A stretch of 63,177 nucleotides of DNA, the filler included, from Vannella sp. (taxonomy: Eukaryota): NCBI GenBank assembly GCA_023345925.1. It is 5 parts of 5 records of this genome, joined end to end, with 100 filler letters (N's around TTAATTAATTAA, not from the genome) between each part and the next. Parts side by side here need not be neighbours in the genome. Positions count along the whole stretch, not along the records: positions 1 to 31,191 come from JAJQQN010000962.1; 4 more parts are not named here. One strand, given 5' to 3'. Every line of letters starts with the position of its first letter. Position 1 is the first letter of the stretch. Below the pieces are notes generated by a model, which ran no database searches, was not told the DNA's origin, and saw only the letters and a program-made list of their open reading frames with translations. Shown here piece after piece: positions 1-11,570 of this stretch. The position numbers were made by a program, and so were the translations under genes.

Positions 1-223
1 GCCCAACGCTCAGGTAATGGTCAAATTCATTTCCATTCGAAAATAACTGATTTTTGCATTTCATTATCACCATCCACATTGAGTTAATCCGTTCCAAAGC
101 TCCTTTTCAGCTAAATGCCCTTGTTTGCTTCTCCTCTCCCTTTGGCTGAACCATTCTCTCATTGGATTCACATCTGAGCCACGCAGCACTTCATACTGTC
201 CATCATCTCTATCCATCTCATTC

Positions 224-835
224 ATGCAAGCTATCAAGTGCGTTGTGGTGGGGACTGGGGGCGTGGGGAAGACTTGATTGTTGATTTCGTACGTCACCAA
301 CAAGTTCCCTCAGCGGGATTACATTCCCACAGTATTTGGCAACCCATCTGTTAACGTGATGGTGGATGACATACCCATCAATCTGCTCTGGTGGGACACT
401 AAAGGAAAGGAGGACTATGATCAATCGCGCCCGTTATCCTACCCACAGACCGACGTGTTCCTCTTGTGCTATTCTATAACAGACAGAGAGAGCTTGGATG
501 CCATTGCAACAAAGTGGCACCCCGAGATCTCCCACCACTGCCCAGGAACGCCCTTCCTGATTGTTGCCACAAAGAGCGATCTGGCGGACGAAATCATCCT
601 TGAACACCTGTCTGAAAGGTCAATGCCCAAACCCATCGTGCTTCAGGCAGAAGGCCAACACTTGGCGGACACTTTGGGAGCTCACAAGTTCATGGAATGC
701 TCTGCTCTCACCCAGGAAGGACTCAAAACACTCTTTGATGAAGCTATTCGCGCGGGTTTACTCTCATTGCCACGAAAAGCCAAATCCAAATCCCTTCTTT
801 CCTCTCTCTTTTCTTTTTGGAAGCCATCGCGCTGA
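224..835 (+). CDS. Rac-like Rho-family small GTPase with an in-frame TGA at codon 18 (recoded gene or pseudogene)
   Basis: ATG at 224 reads [70 protein letters not shown], collinear with Rac1. TGA at 275-277; intronless; no CAAX box. Confidence 0.85.
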
Positions 836-931
836 CCAAACTGGTCAAAGGAAACAGAGAATCTCACAAACCCCTTTAAACTCGTTCTTATGATGATTGC
901 GATAGTGATGAATCCTGACGATCCCTCCAAA

Positions 932-1024
932 CTGAGTGAACCAATGCACCATGTCCCATCCCTGAGTGAATCAATACACCATGTCCCATCCCTGAGTGAA
1001 CCAATGCACCATGTCCCATCCCTG
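932..1024. repeat. 30-bp minisatellite, 3 copies (CTGAGTGAACCAATGCACCATGTCCCATCC)
   Basis: Units start at 932, 962 and 992; the middle copy has 2 substitutions; no spacers. Confidence 0.95.
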
Positions 1025-1152
1025 TAACTCTTCCTCAGCCAAGACGAGGAAAACCAACCCGTTAACTTGGCGTGGTTTGGATAACCTTAGCGATGAATGA
1101 CCAATTCCCCTTTGAATCATAAATCTGGCCATTTGCATTTATTTGCATTTGA

Positions 1153-2393
1153 ATGGTGGCGGAGGGGCTTTTGCACTCGTCGGGACTTTGCCTCATCAAA
1201 GATGCATTCACGATGGATGGAGGGGCGCTATTTCAGCATGCAGTTCGTTCTTGGTGTGTTTCTAAGCAGCAGTAGGTGGGAAGAGGGGGAGGGAGCTTGC
1301 TTTCACACCCTCTTTCAGATTCGTTGTTGTGTTCTCGTTAGCCACGCCTCCCCAGAAGATGGCTGGCTACTTGGAAGGTGTACAAAGAGCAGTGATCATT
1401 GATGGGTTCAGCAATGCTGCTGGATGGAGCGAAGGAAGCCTTCCTCGAGAAGAAGCATCCAAACCCATTTCCATTCTGCCTTGCTTGGACAGCTTCTCCC
1501 TCTCTGGCCTTGAAGCTCTCTTCCTTGACGCCGTATCATTAATGAAGTGCGCTCCACCCTTCCAAGGTGAGTTCAGAGCGCCTCCTGGCACCCAATCTCT
1601 GATGATCGGAGGAAGTGTCCGTGGCATTCGACTCGTTAAGCGTCCTTCTCCTGGAACGAAGTGCTGGACAAGTCCGACAGTTTCTGAAGAAGCTCCTCTC
1701 TCAATGCAGTCCCAAAGGATCCCGAATCATCGCCATTCTGCACGTGGACGCCATCGGCCCATCCGGTATGCCTCAGCATGAGCCTTGTTACGAGCTCAAA
1801 GGCTGATTTTGGATAGAAATCTCGCAGCTAGAGTATGGGGCTCAGACTGTAGTCCAAGTACAGCGCCCCATGGCCACATTGGAGGACACTCTCACTCACT
1901 CAAAGGGACATTCTGCAAGACTCAGCCAAGCTTCCGATTTGCAGGCGCAAAGGCTTCTTGTTATTCGACACGAGCGTCCTTCTGGACGCGTAGCATGGGC
2001 AGTAGGGTAGAAGTGAGTCCGGTCCTTTCTGATAATGGCAGACAGAAGGTTATGGCACCGATGGAGAAGGGAACCTGGTGAGTCTGAAAGTCCCCAAAAG
2101 AATGCTAGTGGATGTGGGGGGAGCCACAGAATCAGGACAAAGACAATCGGACCCCACTGCCAATCTCACTTTTAAACTCCAAGTGAGCGAAAGCGAGCAA
2201 TCTGCCAAAGATGCAGTCGTCCTTCCGTACATGCACCACTTGGGAGGCCCTGGCACCGACCCTTCCAGTATGTTGGAAGCGAGGGATGGGAACGTTCACT
2301 GAACCATGTACAGAGCCGGGAAGCTCAATTATCTACTTTGATAGCGACGATGACTACGATGAAGAGGACCCAGATGATGACTTGGATATATGA
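1153..2393 (+). CDS. ELP5: Elongator complex subunit 5 (spliced)
   Basis: Exons give IIDGFSN, VAFDSLS, HERPSGRV, DPTANLTFKL..LPY and the C-terminal IIYFDSDDDYDEEDPDDDLDI typical of ELP5; short GT-AG introns. Confidence 0.8.
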
Positions 2394-2453
2394 GGGGAAG
2401 GGTTTATTCCCTCTCAGTGCGTGCCGAAAGGGATGTAGAATACATGGAGTCTT

Positions 2454-4658
2454 CTAAATGTCTCTGAAAATCTCCTCTTGGTGTTGCACCATCCGCGCCA
2501 GGGCCTCGTTGGCATGAGGAACCATCAAGGCCAGCTCAATAGAGTCAACGGGAGGCTTCATGAGGTCTGGTCCGACACACATGGCCAGATTGCTGCATCC
2601 CATCTTGGTGATCTCTTGGTGCTGCGCCAATTGGTACATAAAGTGGCACATGTAGCCCAAAGTCACTCTGTTGTTGGGAGGCAACAAACAAACCAGTTCT
2701 TTCAACTCTCGGATCATTAGCTTTTCCTGCTCACCAAACTTTTCTGTGCGCTCGTTAGTGACAAGAACAGCAATGTGGCAGTGGACTGACTTTGAGCATC
2801 CACGAAGCGAATATAAAGGTCTCCACAGAGAGCCAAAGGCAACTCTCTGAAGTACAGTTTGACCATTCCAGCCACATCGGCCGCTGTGGGATTGAACTCT
2901 GAAAGGTCAATCTGGGGTCCGTTCTCATTGAATGCTTTTCGGAGCACCTTCTCGACTTGTGCAGCGCCAGGAACTCGGAAAATTCCCACATTATCAGTAA
3001 CTTGGAAGGGTTAGCTCGCCATTTGATCATTTGGTCCCAAGGAAACGTACAATTTCTCATGATATACTCGCAAAGAGTCTGCAGGACGAGAGGAACGCGG
3101 AGGAGAAGTCCTTCGCGGTCAATAATCACATTAAGTCCCACTCCAAAGGTGCGATTGGCTTGTGTAGCCTCTTTCAATTGATGGACTCGATCAATAATAT
3201 CTCGCACTAACTGCGTTGTTTCACAGCGGAAGCGAGTACTTGAATTCGGCACCTCCGGGCCCTCTTCAGACCCATCTTCGGGAGGTTGAAGAGCAGTCAA
3301 TTGGAGAATAGAATTGGAGATTTCCTCCAGCCGAACATAAGGAATCGTGTACAGCCTCTTTGTACGATGTATCGTGCCCCTCTGTGCCACACACACCAAA
3401 ACCATATTGGTGAAGAAGCTCAAAAGTCCGGACGACTTCTTCTGTATCCCATGCCGCAGCATGATCTCCACCGGACATTCTTCTACATACTGTCCCCCTT
3501 CTTTGACGAGGGTGGCGTACATGGCAGGCAGAGTAGGTTGGCTCTTACTGGCCTTAATAGAAAGATGCTGTTCCATGATTTTGATCTTGGCGGTGTTGTA
3601 CGATCGATTCAGACATGAATTGACATGCTTGTTCGTTTCGGAGATGATAGCGAGAGCCTGCATCAGCACCTTAAAGTCCGGGTCTTCCGGAGGAGTGGCA
3701 TTGGCCATTTGGTTCAGACCCAATTCATAACTGGCCAGTTGGTTCAGGGGCTTGGAGAGAAGCGCTTTGAACCCAGCATTATCATCAGAACGCTTCTCTA
3801 AGAACTCTGCTAAGCTGCAGCCATCCCTCCAGTCAGACGCGACCGAGTTTGTGGAAAAGGAAGAAGAACGAACCGAGGGCGCGCGATGAAGCCCAAGTCC
3901 ATGCGATCAATGATGTCTAAAGTGTACTTGAACTGAAGGATAAAGTCCCCGTACGCCATGAACTGCTCCTGAAGGTCCAAGAAGATGTTCCCAAAGCCAT
4001 CCACATTCGGCCACGCGCAGTCGTCCACAAAGCCACGAAACTTGCGTAGTAGAACGCTAAAGCACCTCTCATTAGCTTCCCGTCCCCCAGAACGTCCTGA
4101 ACGTACCGATGAAGGCGTTCAATGTCGACAATCGCCTGAAGAATCTCTCGAAAGTCCTGCGACTCATCGAGGAGGGCTCGGTCGCTGCTGTTAAGGAGAG
4201 GAACAGCAAAGCGCTGTGTCAATTGTGAGATAAGAACGATGTAAGAGACCTCTCGCTGGAGCATGCCGTGGATGCGCTTGTTGCGCCCTTCGTTGTAGAT
4301 GGAGCGGGCGTGTTCGAATCGCTTCCTATCACGACAACGAAGCCAGCATGCGCTGATCCGTCGAGCAGACAGCCTCGTGTGTTGTTGTTGGAGGAACTCG
4401 CTGACCTCCTCTTGAATGGTTTGGAGGAGAATCCTCTGCGCTGGAGAGGTGCTTGTCACCTCTCTCAGTCTCTCCATCTCCGAACAAGAGCTGACAATGT
4501 CAAAGGCCTTCTGCTTCGCACCTTCCTCCACTTGTAAAGCGGAAAGCAGCAGCTGAAGCATCCTCCGATACGCGCTCTCATGGTCCTGCCCATCATCAGC
4601 CCCAAGCCCATCCCTACCCACCCCAACGCCCACTCACCAGAGGCACAGCGGCGGACAT
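2454..4658 (-). CDS. IQ-like + divergent DH-PH + RhoGAP domain protein (spliced)
   Basis: RhoGAP motifs FGVGL, GIFRVPG (arginine finger), KLYFRELP and TKMGCSNLAMCVGP; DH-like LQREVSY and ATPPEDPDFKVL; start MSAAVPL at 4658 followed by a GTGAGT intron. Confidence 0.8.
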
Positions 4659-4709
4659 GCGACCACCCACGGACCGACGCCAACAGAATGGAAGGGAAAA
4701 CGGGCGTTT

Positions 4710-5225
4710 TTACGAAAAGGACAAAGCTACGGACGAGAGGAAGCTCTCCTCGTCACGTGTCTGCGATTGAATGAGGCAAACGCACGTGAACTCGATGGGA
4801 AAGGCCTCGCTGGCCGAGAAGGTGAAGCTGCATGCGCCTGGTGTGGCACCTGGGCTGCGTAGAAGCTGCGTACTGGTCACTCGACTGGTAGAGGAGCAAG
4901 ACTTGAGGTCATAGTGGCCCGAGATGGCGAGGAACTGGGCGTTCACTGAGACGGAATGGGGACACGAAAGGGTCAGGCTCCCGCATTCCCCAGCAGAGGT
5001 CTGGTTAGACATGCCCTTGACGTACTCGATGATGAACCCCGCGTCTGTAACAAACTCTTGCGTCCGCCTCTCGCTTTGGATGTTCAGGGAAGAGAGCATC
5101 ACCCCGAACACGCTCACGGCGATGGCGAGAAGTACAAACACAAAGCCTATGAGGATGAATGGCAACCACATGAACACCAACGACTGCTCTCGCTCTTGTT
5201 CCCTGAGCTCTTCCATGGGGTCCAT
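4710..5225 (-). CDS. Hypothetical single-pass membrane protein with Cys-containing C-terminal region
   Basis: 171-aa ATG ORF with a long hydrophobic segment near the N-terminus, filling the gap between two genes; 3' end uncertain. Confidence 0.5.
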   Translation of the reverse strand: MDPMEELREQEREQSLVFMWLPFILIGFVFVLLAIAVSVFGVMLSSLNIQSERRTQEFVTDAGFIIEYVKGMSNQTSAGECGSLTLSCPHSVSVNAQFLAISGHYDLKSCSSTSRVTSTQLLRSPGATPGACSFTFSASEAFPIEFTCVCLIQSQTRDEESFLSSVALSFS

Positions 5226-5278
5226 CGCTCGGACAACAAGAAATGGCGGGAGAGGTGCGCCCCTTCTTTAGTGAGCGC

Positions 5279-6283
5279 TTAGAACACGACTGGCTGGGGC
5301 TTGCCCTCTTTGGCGGACTTGTTGCAGAGGTCGATGATGACGGCAGCACGATAGCAGTCTTCTCCGGACACCGCAGGGGTCACTCCCAGCTGCACAATGT
5401 CAACAAAGTGGTCCAACTCTGCAGCGTAGGTCGCAATGTAGCGTTGAGGGAATGAAAAGCAGTTAGGATCAGTCAGTACACCTTCTGCAGTGGACTTGAC
5501 CACCGTAGAAGGCTTCTGGTTCTCTGCTTGGAGCATTCCCTTCTCCCCGAGGACCTCAATTCGTTGGTCATAGCCGTAGGGGGCAGACCTGCAGATGTCA
5601 ACGGTAGCCAAGATACCTGAAGGGAACTTGAGATGGATCATGACCGTGTCCCAGTCGTCAATCTCGCGAATGCGGTCGAGGAACACACTAGCAGCCGCGT
5701 AGACCTCGCATGGCTCCTCCCTGGCAATCCAGCGGATGACGTCGATGTCATGACTAGCACAGTCATGCATGATACCACCAGAGATCTTCAGGAAGTTCTG
5801 AGCGGGGATGGGGTTGTCGCGAGAGCAAGAACGGATGGTTCGGAGGTCACCAACCTCTCCCTGGACCACCATAGCCTGCAGCTTCTTAAAGGAGAAGTCG
5901 TGGCGACGATGGTATCCACAGAGAAGAGGTATGTTCTGCTGGGAGGCGTACTGAGCGAGCTCTTTGATCTCTTGAGGGTCCATGGAGATTGGTTTCTCGC
6001 AGAGGACAGGCTTTCCATGGCTGATACACAGTTTAGAGTACTCTACATGAGTGCAAGTAGGACTACACATCACCACGGCATCAATGGCATCACCATGAGC
6101 CACAAATAGCTCCGTTAAGGAAGAGAAGACCAAACATCCGGTTTCCGCTCGGACTTGTTCTGCCCTGGCCTCGTCCACGTCCACAAAGGCTGCCACTTGA
6201 GTGCGACGGTTCTCTGAGATGTTTTTCAAGTGAATGGTACCGATCCGACCTCCTCCCACCACGCAAAGACGAAGAGGAGCCAT
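5279..6283 (-). CDS. myo-inositol 2-dehydrogenase (Gfo/Idh/MocA family)
   Basis: Rossmann GGGRIG, CEKP, GYHRRHD, SGGIMHDCASHDID and YGYDQRIEV motifs; intronless. Confidence 0.9.
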   Translation of the reverse strand: MAPLRLCVVGGGRIGTIHLKNISENRRTQVAAFVDVDEARAEQVRAETGCLVFSSLTELFVAHGDAIDAVVMCSPTCTHVEYSKLCISHGKPVLCEKPISMDPQEIKELAQYASQQNIPLLCGYHRRHDFSFKKLQAMVVQGEVGDLRTIRSCSRDNPIPAQNFLKISGGIMHDCASHDIDVIRWIAREEPCEVYAAASVFLDRIREIDDWDTVMIHLKFPSGILATVDICRSAPYGYDQRIEVLGEKGMLQAENQKPSTVVKSTAEGVLTDPNCFSFPQRYIATYAAELDHFVDIVQLGVTPAVSGEDCYRAAVIIDLCNKSAKEGKPQPVVF

Positions 6284-6468
6284 CACCAAAGGTTCGAGAA
6301 CCAAAGAATGTCGAATCCGCCATCAGCTTCTCGTCCTGCGGCCACAGCTTGTCCCTTTCCTAATTTAAATGCATATTCCTGGCTCTGGTCATCAGGAGAA
6401 CTCGAGGGAAGGAGAAAACGAAGTGGAGGCGGATTTCCCGCCATTTTCTTGAGACCCTCTGTGTGGGG

Positions 6469-8101
6469 ATGGAGACCTTCTGCAAGGAGGAGTTGGGTCT
6501 GGCTTTTGGGTATCCCAAGGGAGTGTTTCAGTTGAGCATATCCAGTGGACGCAGCGCACACGAGCCAGCTCACACTCTGGTGCTGGACGCCGAAGCGCAT
6601 GGCCGAATCACCGTGGAGGTGTCCTTAGCCCAGACTGAGGTACGATTAGATCAGCAAGCCAGTCCCATCTTCGAACAGGCAGCTAGCCGTATTCAAATCC
6701 GTGAGGGGACGCCTACACGTCGTGGTCAGCCCCACTTGATGTACCTTACCGAAGCAAAGATCCCTTGCCAGACCGCTGAAGTGCGTGCTGGGGAGTTCAT
6801 CTACCATATCTATCTTGTAGCAGCCAATAGCCACTACTACAACATCGCTGTGGTGCATCCAGTCCAGTACAAACTCGTCTTTGACACTTGGAAGAGCATT
6901 TTGAACACTCTGCAGTTCTTCCCGCCAGAAGATGGAGCCACAAAGATACCTTCAGTTGTATGGTCACACTATACAGGCATCCAACACCCCTACACGATGC
7001 TGTACCCCTTTGACTGGCTCGTCAGCGAACACAAACCGGCTGAGAAAGCTCCTCCTGGCTCCTCTACAGCCCACCGAGCAGTGGACTTCTACTTTACAGC
7101 CAATGACATCAACATCAACGTGATGGTGGTCGAGGAAGCACTCCCGCCAGAGATCACATTCCGGGACTACTACGACATGTGCAAGCTCCAGTTCCAGAAG
7201 TCTGGCATCCCATTGACCTCTGTCACATCACAGAACGCTTCTTTGTCCGATCTGCCAGCCAAACAGTTCTCCTACACGCCTGGCCACGGGTCCAGTGTGA
7301 GTGCCGGTTCGGGTTCTTTCTGCTCTTCCTCCGTCTCACTGACTTGACTGCTCTCATAGATCATCCGACGCTTCGCAGTCAAGGAAGGAATGAGCGCCTC
7401 GGCCCTCATCATCACATGTGAGAGCCTGAACAACCAATCCCTTCAAATCGGGCCCGTTCTCGAGCGGATGATGGACAGCTTCCGCTGGCTCCCTTCCAAC
7501 AGCGCGCCTGATCCTTCAAAGAACGATTTGTTCAAGTTCGAGCACTTCGAGTCCCAGGTAGGCCGCTAGTAGCGGGCGGACCAATCAGCAGAGAGGATCT
7601 CACCCAAAATGGCGTTTTTAGATCCATTTGGAGTTCCCAAAGCACCTTTTATACGAACAGGACGAGTTCCTCATTCGTTTGTTTGACGGTAACGAGCCGG
7701 GGACAGCGGACTTTACCGTCCAATGCCTCGCTGATGTGGAGCAAACCGTTCTTGGCGACTTGCACAGCATCCAACAGCTTCTTTTGTCCACTTTCCAGTC
7801 CCAAATGGATGGCAATCAATGTGTTTCGGAAGAGTTTACTCTTCCAACTCACAGTAAGCTGAAAGGGCTGGAGTTTACGGTGGAAGGAAGATTCATTGGA
7901 GCTTACCCCTGCCAAGTGCGTTCCCTCCCACTCCAAAGCGCTTTCCCCGACTCGCTAACATTCGTCCAGAGGACGACTCGTGTGGTCATTAGGGATTCCT
8001 ACGTTATCACATGGAGCTTAACCATCCGCAAGGACCGGCTGGGGCTCCTTCCTTCCACATTCTGGGGACGCTCTTTGCTCCAAAGCCTCTCCATACACTG
8101 A
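6469..8101 (+). CDS. Protein with three tandem PsbP/Mog1/DcrB-like domains (spliced)
   Basis: Three repeats that begin with a (F/Y/L)x(Y/F)P motif and end in the pattern ILNTLQF / MMDSFRW / LLQSLSI; three short introns. Confidence 0.55.
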
Positions 8102-8315
8102 AGACACTTTGCTGGCCCCTGCAAGATAAAAGGCAAAGCGGCACTTCGGTATGTCCCTGTGAACCAGCCAGGGAATGGGTCACGTGTCCATGTCCGGTGC
8201 GTTGGCTCGTGTGACTAGATCTCCGTGAGAAGCCGAGGTGGTCGGTTTCCTAAGAGAGGAGAGGATGGGAGTGGGGTGACACGGAAGTGGAACGCCGAAA
8301 AGAGGGCATTCTTTG

Positions 8316-11300
8316 ATGGACCGCCAGGCGGAGGCGTGCGGGCAAGTCGCCTCTTTGGGGGACCGGCTGGCTCTGGCCTTGTTTAAACTGCGGGCTTTGA
8401 TTCATCATGGGCGACCACACATTCGGAATGAGCCTGTAACGGTGGAGATCACCCAACTCGCCTCTCTGGTGGAGGAACTCGCCTTCCTCATGAACGCCTT
8501 CCCTGTCCATCCTCGGCTCATCAAGAACACTGTCACCCAAGGAAACCTGTCTTGCCTTGTTGCAGCAGCAGAAGGAACCCGCCAATCTCTCCTCCACCTC
8601 CTCAAAGAGACGCGCCTTCTCCTCTTGGGGGAGCAGACTCCCGGCCAACTCGTGGAAGCGTGTGATTCCGTCCACTCTCAGATAGCCACCCTTCAGGAGA
8701 CTGCTTGGAATATGACCGAGAGTGGAGAGAAGGAGCCTTCTTGGTCTTGCAAAGCGAGGAAGCTTGGCGGACAGTTGCAGGCTCTCCTCGAGCTCAAGAT
8801 TGCACACAGGGGCGAGGAGGGGCTGGAGATCAGAGCAGAATGTGGAGGACTTGCCGAAGAGCTTGTAGAAGACCTTCAAACCCTCACGCAAGCACACGAA
8901 GGCGACGAGGAACTTCCTTTGTCCGTCCGCGCTTTGCTGATGGAGCTCGAGTCCGGCTTGGTGGCGCTCGGGAGTGTAGACCTGGAGGACGGAGAGACGT
9001 TCTTCTCTCATCTGTCTGATCTAGAACCACTCACTCTGCTTCTCACTGAGAACCTGGTGGATATCTCCGACTTTACCCCGGTTTCCTCGCCTCTCGCAAG
9101 TCCCAGGGGGCAGGAAGCACTCCCTGAAGCTAACAAGACCACTAAGCTTCCTGACAATCCCTTCGTTCCTGTCCGTAGACCAGAGAACGCCCCCGACAGC
9201 CCAGTCCGCCAAATCTTCCGCAACATCTCCTTCCGCACTCGTGCGGACGCTCACACCTCTGAGGACGCGCCAATCACTCACCCAACGTCTCCTCAAGGTG
9301 GCTTCTCTCTCATCAAGCCAGCAGGTGGCGAACGGGGCCGCGGGATAGGAGCGGCACGTTTAGTGACTTATAACAAGCTGCAGAAGCAGAAGAAGGACAC
9401 CACTCATGCAGAGAAGATCACAGAAACCTTCCTGACTCGATTCAGTGAGATGGCGGGTGTCTGGGCCATTCTGACCCAAACGGACAAAGAGAGCTTTTTA
9501 CAGACTCTGGCAGGAGATATTGAGTTGTTTGCAGAGCCTGAGAACATGCTTACCATCCCAGCAACGGCCAGTAAGCTTCAGAAGCTGAAGCACATGATTC
9601 GTGTGAGAATGGCGGCCGATCTTTCTCGTGTGCCGATTGGATACGCCGGGACGGAGCAGCGTTTAGCACAATCCACGCTAGAAGTGATAACACATTCTAG
9701 TCTCACGGCTACTGAGCCTGAGGAAGCAGAGTCGGAGGCAATCCTAAAGGACAGCTCATCTAAACTCTTGCACAGTCTAGTGGACACTCTTTACCGCATT
9801 CCACAGCTCAACGACGGCATCATTCGATTTCAAGAGGAGGTGCAAGAGAGTCTGGAGCAAGCTGGGGCTCAATTGGACCAATTCTACACACCCGATGAGT
9901 ATATTATTCGGGCGGCCCGCACGGAAGGGATCAAGCTGATCAGCTATCAACTGCGCATCACAATTTGGCAGAGTTGCAACTCTCTTCGGGTGCAAGTGGC
10001 TGGTCTATTGGGATTGCTGGCTTGCTGTGGCAATCCCTCTCTGGTGGGGACGGGACTCCTCTTTCAAGTGATTTGTTCGATCCGCTGCGCAGCCAGATGC
10101 ATTGGTGTCCTCCTCGGCCAAGTAGCTACGATCAAGCACATCTCTGGAGAGATTGTAAGTTTCTCAAAAGGACGTTCGAGCTCCCTTGCAGGCACAGCCA
10201 AGTCAATCTGGGAAGAAAAGGATCCGGAAGGGCGGTTCCTTTGGCAAATCGAGTCTGAGGAGAGCATCAAAAGCATGCAAAAAGTTGGATCTCTCAGCCA
10301 GCTTGTCTGGCAACTGACTTCGGACAGGAACATCGACCACACCTTCCTTAAGACTTTCATTGCCACGTATCGGTCATTTACCACCCCTTTTGAGCTCCTT
10401 CAACGGCTACAAGAGCGATTTGATGTTCCCCCAAACACCTTATCGGATCCCAAGCGAGCCAGCCAAATCCAATTGCGAGTGGCAGTTGTGCTGAAGTATT
10501 GGGTTGATACTCAGTTCTACGATTTTGATGAGGACCTCATCCACTCTCTCCAACAGTTCTGCACCCGCCTTCATGACGAAGGGCAAACAGACATGGCCAA
10601 ACGCCTTCAGGAGCATATTAGTGCCAAGGAGGCGGAGCGTACTTCTCGACAGGAATCTCTCATAAGCGTTCCTTCCACGGATCTGATGGTGAGTGGCATT
10701 CCCGATAGTCTCTTAGCGACTAACATTCGCGCAGTGCTTGTGGAACATGGGAACCATCTCTGCTATTATTCGGGAAATATCGGTGGAGGAACTTAGCCGA
10801 CAGATGACGCAGGCAGACCACGACATTTATCGCTCTATTCAAGTTCAAGAGTTGCTGAACACAGCTTGGAATTCGGATAAGTTGAAGCATCGCTCTCCCA
10901 ACGTAGTCCAGTTATTAGGCCGTTTGAATGATGTTTCCAACTTCCTCTGTAGTTTAGTCGTGTGGCAAGAAAAAAAGGCTGACCGAGCCTTTTTCTACAC
11001 CAAGTTCATCCGTTTGGGACTTCAACTCCTCAAGTTGAACAATTATCACACTTTGATGGGCGTTGTGGTCGCTCTGAATCGGTCCTCGGTGACCCGCCTC
11101 CGTTTTACAATGGCTGAATGCGACCCCAAGATCATCCAGCAGTTTAAAACCTTAGAGCAACTTATGGACCCTTCCGGCTCGTTCAAGAACTACCGGAAAG
11201 CCATTCAAGCGACCCGTTTACCCGCTTTGCCATATTTGTAAGCTTTCACTCCCGTTCTCTCTCCTACCATCACTCACAAGAACTCCAGAGGTGTCCCACT

Positions 11301-11565
11301 AACGGATTTAACTTTTATCGAAGACGGAAATCCGGATTCCGTTTCCGACAAAAAAGGGAACTCGGCCATCAACTTTACCAAACGCGGAATGGTCTACGAG
11401 TTGGTACAGAAGTTGCTCGACTATCAAAACACCCCTTATCCATTCCCTCCTTTGGAGCCAATCCGAACATTACTCAACCAGTTCCCCTACGAAGAGGAAA
11501 AGCAGCAGTTTGCTATTTCCTTGTTGAGGGAGCCGCGAAATGCCGAGGCAAAGTCAATTTTATAA
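8316..11565 (+). CDS. Ras guanine nucleotide exchange factor (REM + CDC25 domains) with long N-terminal helical region
   Basis: FLKTFIATYRSFTTPFELL, LRVAVVLKYWV, LNNYHTLMGVV and LPYL/GVPLTDLTFIEDGNPD; two introns; stop at 11563-11565. Confidence 0.9.
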
Positions 11566-11570
11566 GGAAA

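Noticed and set aside
275..277. Genome-wide UGA-to-Cys/Trp reassignment
   Set aside because: TGA terminates conserved genes at their expected ends (ELP5, MED16, myosin, EF-hand protein), and no other conserved exon needed TGA read-through.
932..1024. 30-bp repeats as a CRISPR array
   Set aside because: The units are head-to-tail with no spacers, there are no cas genes, and the context is eukaryotic.
1040..1090. Stem-loop AAACCA/TGGTTT as a SECIS for the Rac gene
   Set aside because: The 5' core reads ACGA rather than RTGA, and the helix register and apical AA spacing do not fit.
5279..6283. Intronless inositol dehydrogenase as bacterial contamination or recent transfer
   Set aside because: It is tightly embedded among spliced genes with similar composition; the family occurs in eukaryotes; other host genes here (RanGAP) are also intronless.
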